53,837 nt of DNA from an uncultured Lachnospiraceae bacterium (GTDB lineage Bacteria > Bacillota > Clostridia > Christensenellales > UBA1242), in contig CAZIPJ010000002.1 of NCBI GenBank assembly GCA_964541365.1, positions 1-53,837 of the forward strand, given 5' to 3'. Position 1 is the stretch's first letter. Each line of letters starts with the position of its first letter. The notes under the pieces were generated by a model. It saw only the letters and a program-made list of their open reading frames with translations, made no database searches and was not told the DNA's origin. The position numbers and the translations under genes were made by a program. Positions 50,421-53,837 of this stretch are shown here, piece by piece.

Positions 50421-50834
50421 TTAAAATTCTATTTTTTCAATCTTAAAGTCACAATAATATTCGGCTTCTTGTGCTGTAAATTTTAGCACACAATAATCTG
50501 GGTCTGTTACACCCTGTTTATAAAACAACTTGTCGCCAAATCTCCAAATCTTGTCTTTTGTTGGTTGGTCGGTGCAAACTTGCATTGTTCCTTTGATTGT
50601 TACTCCTTGATACTTAAATCTGCCACGCTCATAAAAATAAACACAAGCCTTGTTGTTCTTTATGTATTGCTCCACTTTCTTGCTTGAAGTGTTGGTTGAG
50701 AAATAAATGTCATTGTCGTCAATTTCTCTTGGACAAAGCATCGCCCTTGTTACTGGATAGCCTTTCTCATCTACCGAAGAAATGAATGCAGTCTTTTGTT
50801 TTTTGATAAATTCAAACAATTTTTCTTTGGTCAT
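50421..50834 (-). CDS. Pyridoxamine 5'-phosphate oxidase-family (general stress protein 26-like) FMN-binding split-barrel protein
   Basis: 137 aa. …FISSVDEKGYPVTRAMLCPREIDDNDIYFSTNTSSKKVEQIKNN-type pattern, typical of PNPOx-like proteins. Confidence 0.65.
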   Translation of the reverse strand: MTKEKLFEFIKKQKTAFISSVDEKGYPVTRAMLCPREIDDNDIYFSTNTSSKKVEQYIKNNKACVYFYERGRFKYQGVTIKGTMQVCTDQPTKDKIWRFGDKLFYKQGVTDPDYCVLKFTAQEAEYYCDFKIEKIEF

Positions 50835-50852
50835 TTTTATTTTCTCCTTGTT

Positions 50853-51413
50853 TTACATAGGTTTCAAGTTTTTGTTAAGCCTATCAACTATCCAAGCGAT
50901 TCTCTTCGCTTTGCCTGCATCTGTTTTTGCATCAAAGTATGCTCGTGTATATGTCTTTTTTGCTGACAAGGGCATTGCTTGAAAGTTGGCGTGTGCTGGT
51001 TCGTATTCTTTCAAGATTTCATCCAGCACTTTGATTTGTTCTTCTGTAAATGTCATAGGGTCTATGGCATCCCATTGTCCATTTTTCTTTGCTTCTTCAA
51101 TTTTCTTTCTGCCAAAGTCGGTCATCAGTCCTCGTTCTTCTAAGTTTTTAACAAGTGCTTTATTTTTCTCCGACCACTTGCTGTTTGCTCTTCGCATTGC
51201 AAAATATTTCCTATATGATTTCTCATCAATGCTTTGCATCTGTCCATCTATCCATCCAAAGCAAAGGGCTTCTTCAAGTGCTTCGGCTGCTTTTAATGTT
51301 TTTTGGCCTTTGGATTTACCAAATAAAAGCCAAGCACCTTCACTAGTCATACAATGCTCAGATAGCCATTTTCTAAATTCTTCCCTATTAGTAAATGTCA
51401 ATATATCTTTCAT
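50853..51413 (-). CDS. YdeI/OmpD-associated family protein
   Basis: Start at ATG 51413 (MKDILTFTNREEFRKWLSEH…GAWLLFGK…EALCFGWIDGQMQSIDEKSYRKYFAMRRANSKWSEKNKALVKNLEERGLMTDFG). No SD. TGgTATAAT lies 6 nt upstream of the ATG, so the mRNA may be leaderless. The 59-codon track extension is Lys-rich and falls in the repeat region. Confidence 0.7.
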   Translation of the reverse strand: MKDILTFTNREEFRKWLSEHCMTSEGAWLLFGKSKGQKTLKAAEALEEALCFGWIDGQMQSIDEKSYRKYFAMRRANSKWSEKNKALVKNLEERGLMTDFGRKKIEEAKKNGQWDAIDPMTFTEEQIKVLDEILKEYEPAHANFQAMPLSAKKTYTRAYFDAKTDAGKAKRIAWIVDRLNKNLKPM

Positions 51414-51461
51414 AGTTTTATTATACCACAACACTTTGCAATCTGTATCGGTTTTATTGAC

Positions 51462-51526
51462 TTTTTGATTTTTATTTTTGATTTTGCGACAGAGTTTTGA
51501 TTTTTTTATGAAAATTTTTGATTTTT
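51462..51526. repeat. Cluster of four TTTTGATTTT iteron-like units (one extended to TTTTGATTTTGCGACA)
   Basis: Units are centred on G at 51467, 51480, 51499 and 51520. Flanked by a direct repeat GTGGCAC-aaa-GTGGCAC (51534-51550). Confidence 0.55.
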
Positions 51527-51733
51527 CAAAATTGTGGCACAAAGTGGCACACGACTGGCTTTTCAAATAAGACTTGGAAAGCCTTTTCATTTTTACTGGT
51601 TTTTATGTATATCTGTATATTGTGGTTGGTATACCCATTTTAGCACTGTATATTGTGTTTTTATAATAAAAAAGGTGTTGCATAAAATAAGACATTTTAT
51701 ACAACACACTTGTGCCAGCATTACAAGAAGTCT

Positions 51734-51778
51734 TTTTTTGATTTCTACTTTTTGATTTTGCGAAACTTTTGATTTTTT
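51734..51778. repeat. Second cluster of three TTTTGATTT units (middle one TTTTGATTTTGCGAAA)
   Basis: Units are centred on G at 51740, 51754 and 51771. Confidence 0.55.
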
Positions 51779-51902
51779 ACCATTTCTAACAAAAATTCAA
51801 AGAAGCATCAATGTCTCTCTTTTAAACTCCATCATAGAAAGAACATCAATCATTTATTACCTCGCAAGTGTTATTTGTTTCTATAATAATTAATTTCTTC
51901 CA

Positions 51903-53072
51903 TTAAATATCTTTTAGAAGATTTAACCTTTTTTCATCACACAAGTAATTGTTTATAACAATCTTTGTAAATTTATATACATCATCAAACAAATATTCTA
52001 AAGAATCTTCTGGCGCAACATAAGATATATCAGTTTCACCGATATTTATATCATATATTGCACAAATTTTCATATAAATCTTTTCTAATTTTTCAAAGTC
52101 GCCATGTGCTATTACACTACGTAAATCATATATAATTTTTAAAACATCTTTGACACGTTCAGTATCTATAGTCCTCTCCTCTTCATAAATCAATAAAGTT
52201 AATTTCCGAGTGAATTGTCGGGTAATAGAGTTTTCCACGTTGAACCTATTTTGCTCTGGATTGTGTGTTAACAACATTTCTATTAATCCAACCAAGATTA
52301 ATAACGCTTGTTTTTTACTGCTTACACAAACATCTGATAGGTTTGACATTAGTGAACAAATATAATTAAATTTTTCAGTTTTATATTTATCTCCAACTTT
52401 TTTTATAATGTCGTAATATTGTTCCCATACCATATAAAAAGGTAAAGACCTTGTACTTTGCCTCTCTTGAACTTTGCAAAACGAACCTACGTAAAATTCC
52501 AACAAACACATACTTATTTTTCTTATTTGGATATTTGTCGTATTGTTAATAAGTATCGTATTTGGCAACTCCTCTTCATTAAAAGTAAAAAATCTTAAAA
52601 AATCCATGTAACTTTTTATCTTTTCAAAGTTCGCCTCATTTAAATATCTGTAACTTTGTCTCTCTTTTTCAAAATCTATATCTTCTACTTTGACATCTGG
52701 TGACAATATCCAATTAATCTTTTTTTCTGCCTCTAAATCAATAACGCTATCACAATAGACCACTACCCACATTTTTGCAATTATCTTGTAAACATCTTGT
52801 TCATCTAAATTTGTTTCATAAAACTTCTTAATTGAAGGGCTATTTGAGTTATTGATACAAAAGTTATAAAAAGCCTCTCTTAAGCCAGGATTTTCATATG
52901 ATCCTTCTTCTATAATGTTATAATCTGTTTCATTTGCTTCTCTAATTATTGCCGCAATCTCATCTACTTCTTCTTCAGTTTTAGGGTTTGAAAAATACAA
53001 CCCATCAAAAAAGCATGGGGTTTTCTCTATAGGACATATATAGCTAGTTAAAATTATTCTGGATCTTCTCAC
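51903..53072 (-). CDS. HEPN-like (Rx4H) abortive-infection-type protein, tentative
   Basis: 389 aa. GTG start with SD AGGAG 5 nt upstream. Very AT-rich. The C-terminal helical domain contains KIIYDLRSVIAHGDFEKL, an R-x4-H motif in the hydrophobic-R-x-x-I-A-H-G context typical of HEPN RNase domains. Confidence 0.5.
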   Translation of the reverse strand: MRRSRIILTSYICPIEKTPCFFDGLYFSNPKTEEEVDEIAAIIREANETDYNIIEEGSYENPGLREAFYNFCINNSNSPSIKKFYETNLDEQDVYKIIAKMWVVVYCDSVIDLEAEKKINWILSPDVKVEDIDFEKERQSYRYLNEANFEKIKSYMDFLRFFTFNEEELPNTILINNTTNIQIRKISMCLLEFYVGSFCKVQERQSTRSLPFYMVWEQYYDIIKKVGDKYKTEKFNYICSLMSNLSDVCVSSKKQALLILVGLIEMLLTHNPEQNRFNVENSITRQFTRKLTLLIYEEERTIDTERVKDVLKIIYDLRSVIAHGDFEKLEKIYMKICAIYDINIGETDISYVAPEDSLEYLFDDVYKFTKIVINNYLCDEKRLNLLKDI

Positions 53073-53266
53073 AATTACTCCTGATTCTCATAATCTTATT
53101 TTATCATAAATCTTCGCAGTTTGTATCAACTTCCCTATTATAATTTTGCTTTTGGAGATAAAAAATGAAAAGGTTCACAAAAAAATTAGACTTAATGTTA
53201 TTGAAGAATATAAGGAGTCATCTAAATATAAAGGACAGAGTCTTTATATCCATTTTCATTGTCTAA

Positions 53267-53283
53267 GTTTTGATTTTGCGAAA
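53267..53283. repeat. Third copy of TTTTGATTTTGCGAAA
   Basis: 16-nt string identical to 51750-51765. Lies between the CPCC gene and the HEPN-like gene. Confidence 0.55.
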
Positions 53284-53288
53284 TACCA

Positions 53289-53678
53289 TCATTCTCCTTC
53301 TGTCAATATATTTATACAGTACCAACTATGTTCAAGATTAATATCGTTATTTAATAATTCTGTTACAAACTCTTTTCTAAATTTCCTATGAACTTTTAAC
53401 TTTTCATATTTCCATTTATTATTCTTGAAAAAAGACACTTCGTATTTTTCAATCAAATCGGGCATTATTTTTTCCAATCTATTCCACCACTTTCTATAAG
53501 CATTTAATGAAACTCTATTTGCTCCGCCACAAGATTCTCTATCCAAATCAGGATTATCATATTGCACATCATCATTCTCCCAGAAGCAAACATTACAAAT
53601 ATCTCCTATATCATCAAATTTATATTGTCCGCAAATCGGACATACACACTCAGGTTTCCATTTGTTTTTCTTTTCCAC
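53289..53678 (-). CDS. CPCC-family cysteine-rich protein
   Basis: 129 aa. GTG start with SD AAGGAG 7 nt upstream. CPICGQYKFDDIGDICNVCFWENDDVQYDNPDLDRESCGGANRVSLNAYRKWW matches the Cys_rich_CPCC pattern (CPCCG…F.…YEIC.VCFWEDD..Q..+P…GGAN..SL..AR.N+). Confidence 0.7.
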   Translation of the reverse strand: MEKKNKWKPECVCPICGQYKFDDIGDICNVCFWENDDVQYDNPDLDRESCGGANRVSLNAYRKWWNRLEKIMPDLIEKYEVSFFKNNKWKYEKLKVHRKFRKEFVTELLNNDINLEHSWYCINILTEGE

Positions 53679-53717
53679 CTAACTTCTCCTTAAATAAGAC
53701 TTTTGGTAAAGTATATT

Positions 53718-53760
53718 TGGTGCTCCCGTCAGGATTCGAACCCGAACTAATGGTTCCGAA
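53718..53760 (-). other. Orphan tRNA 3' fragment (T-arm, 3' acceptor strand, CCA)
   Basis: Minus strand reads …TCGGG-TTCGAAT-CCTGA-CGGGAGC-A-CCA, ending at 53718. No matching 5' acceptor strand (GCTCCCG), D-arm or anticodon arm could be found in the remaining 119 nt of window. Upstream there is only a hairpin GTTCCGA-19 nt-TCGGAAC. Confidence 0.5.
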
Positions 53761-53837
53761 GTTGTAAAAACACACTATCGGAACTTCGTGTTTTGCACCG
53801 TTTTTTACCATATTTTATCGTATCGTAAAGTGCCTAA

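Noticed and set aside
51462-51778. Short T-rich repeats considered as a CRISPR array or tandem satellite
   Set aside because: The units are only about 10-16 nt, irregularly spaced (13-21 nt), not separated by unique spacers of constant length, and have no cas genes nearby. Reported as iteron-like motifs instead.
53718-53837. Complete tRNA or tmRNA gene on the minus strand at the window end
   Set aside because: Only the T-arm, 3' acceptor strand and CCA fold. No complementary 5' acceptor strand, D-arm or 7-nt anticodon loop exists in the available sequence. The acceptor end (CGGGAGC-A-CCA) has A at position 70, so the G3:U70 pair characteristic of tmRNA cannot form. Kept as a fragment.
1-53837. 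Prophage, transposon, integron or integrative element with intact mobility genes
   Set aside because: No integrase, transposase, recombinase, terminase or capsid-like sequence was recognisable in any of the six-frame ORFs. Only indirect signs were seen (tRNA fragment, compositional shifts, repeated intergenic motifs).

Overview
AT-rich (about one-third G+C by eye), densely coded chromosomal segment. It looks like a spore-forming Firmicute of the Clostridia type: yabP-yabQ-divIC-like cluster, S-box riboswitch upstream of metK, sigma-A style promoters, many hairpin plus T-run terminators. Most genes are on the minus strand.

Ordinary content:
- typA/bipA (partial)
- an RluA-family pseudouridine synthase
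- CvpA
- a heterodimeric ABC exporter pair with one degenerate ATP site
- tRNA-Ala(UGC)
- MscL and MscS channels
- metK, an Rrf2 regulator, Nudix/HAD/alpha-beta hydrolases and a GreA-like factor

Surface and accessory content:
- a 3744-aa Fn3/Ig-repeat lipoprotein
- a 645-aa lipoprotein
- a 1396-aa membrane-anchored M60-like (HEXXH) peptidase in visibly GC-richer DNA
- a small accessory cluster (acetyltransferase, flavoprotein, PNPOx, YdeI, HEPN-like, CPCC) that ends at an orphan tRNA 3' fragment

Headline candidate: a tightly coupled eight-gene minus-strand operon (20515-28858, promoter about 28903-28930, terminator about 20491-20510). It encodes:
- an SPFH/YdjI-like protein with two zinc ribbons
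- a small TM protein
- a TPR-like protein
- two roughly 200-aa Snf7/ESCRT-III-like helical proteins, one with a MIM-like C-terminal helix
- a frameshifted CDA-fold deaminase
- a Vps4-type (meiotic-clade) AAA ATPase with an MIT-like N-domain
- a 1279-aa zinc-ribbon/TPR/3-TM protein with an extracellular GLUG-type beta-helix

I read this as a possible bacterial ESCRT-III plus Vps4-like membrane-remodelling module.

Four reading frames are broken at or near homopolymer tracts. This is either assembly error or hypermutable tracts. No integrase, transposase, CRISPR array or rRNA was seen. All family assignments come from motif reading by eye; no database search was run.
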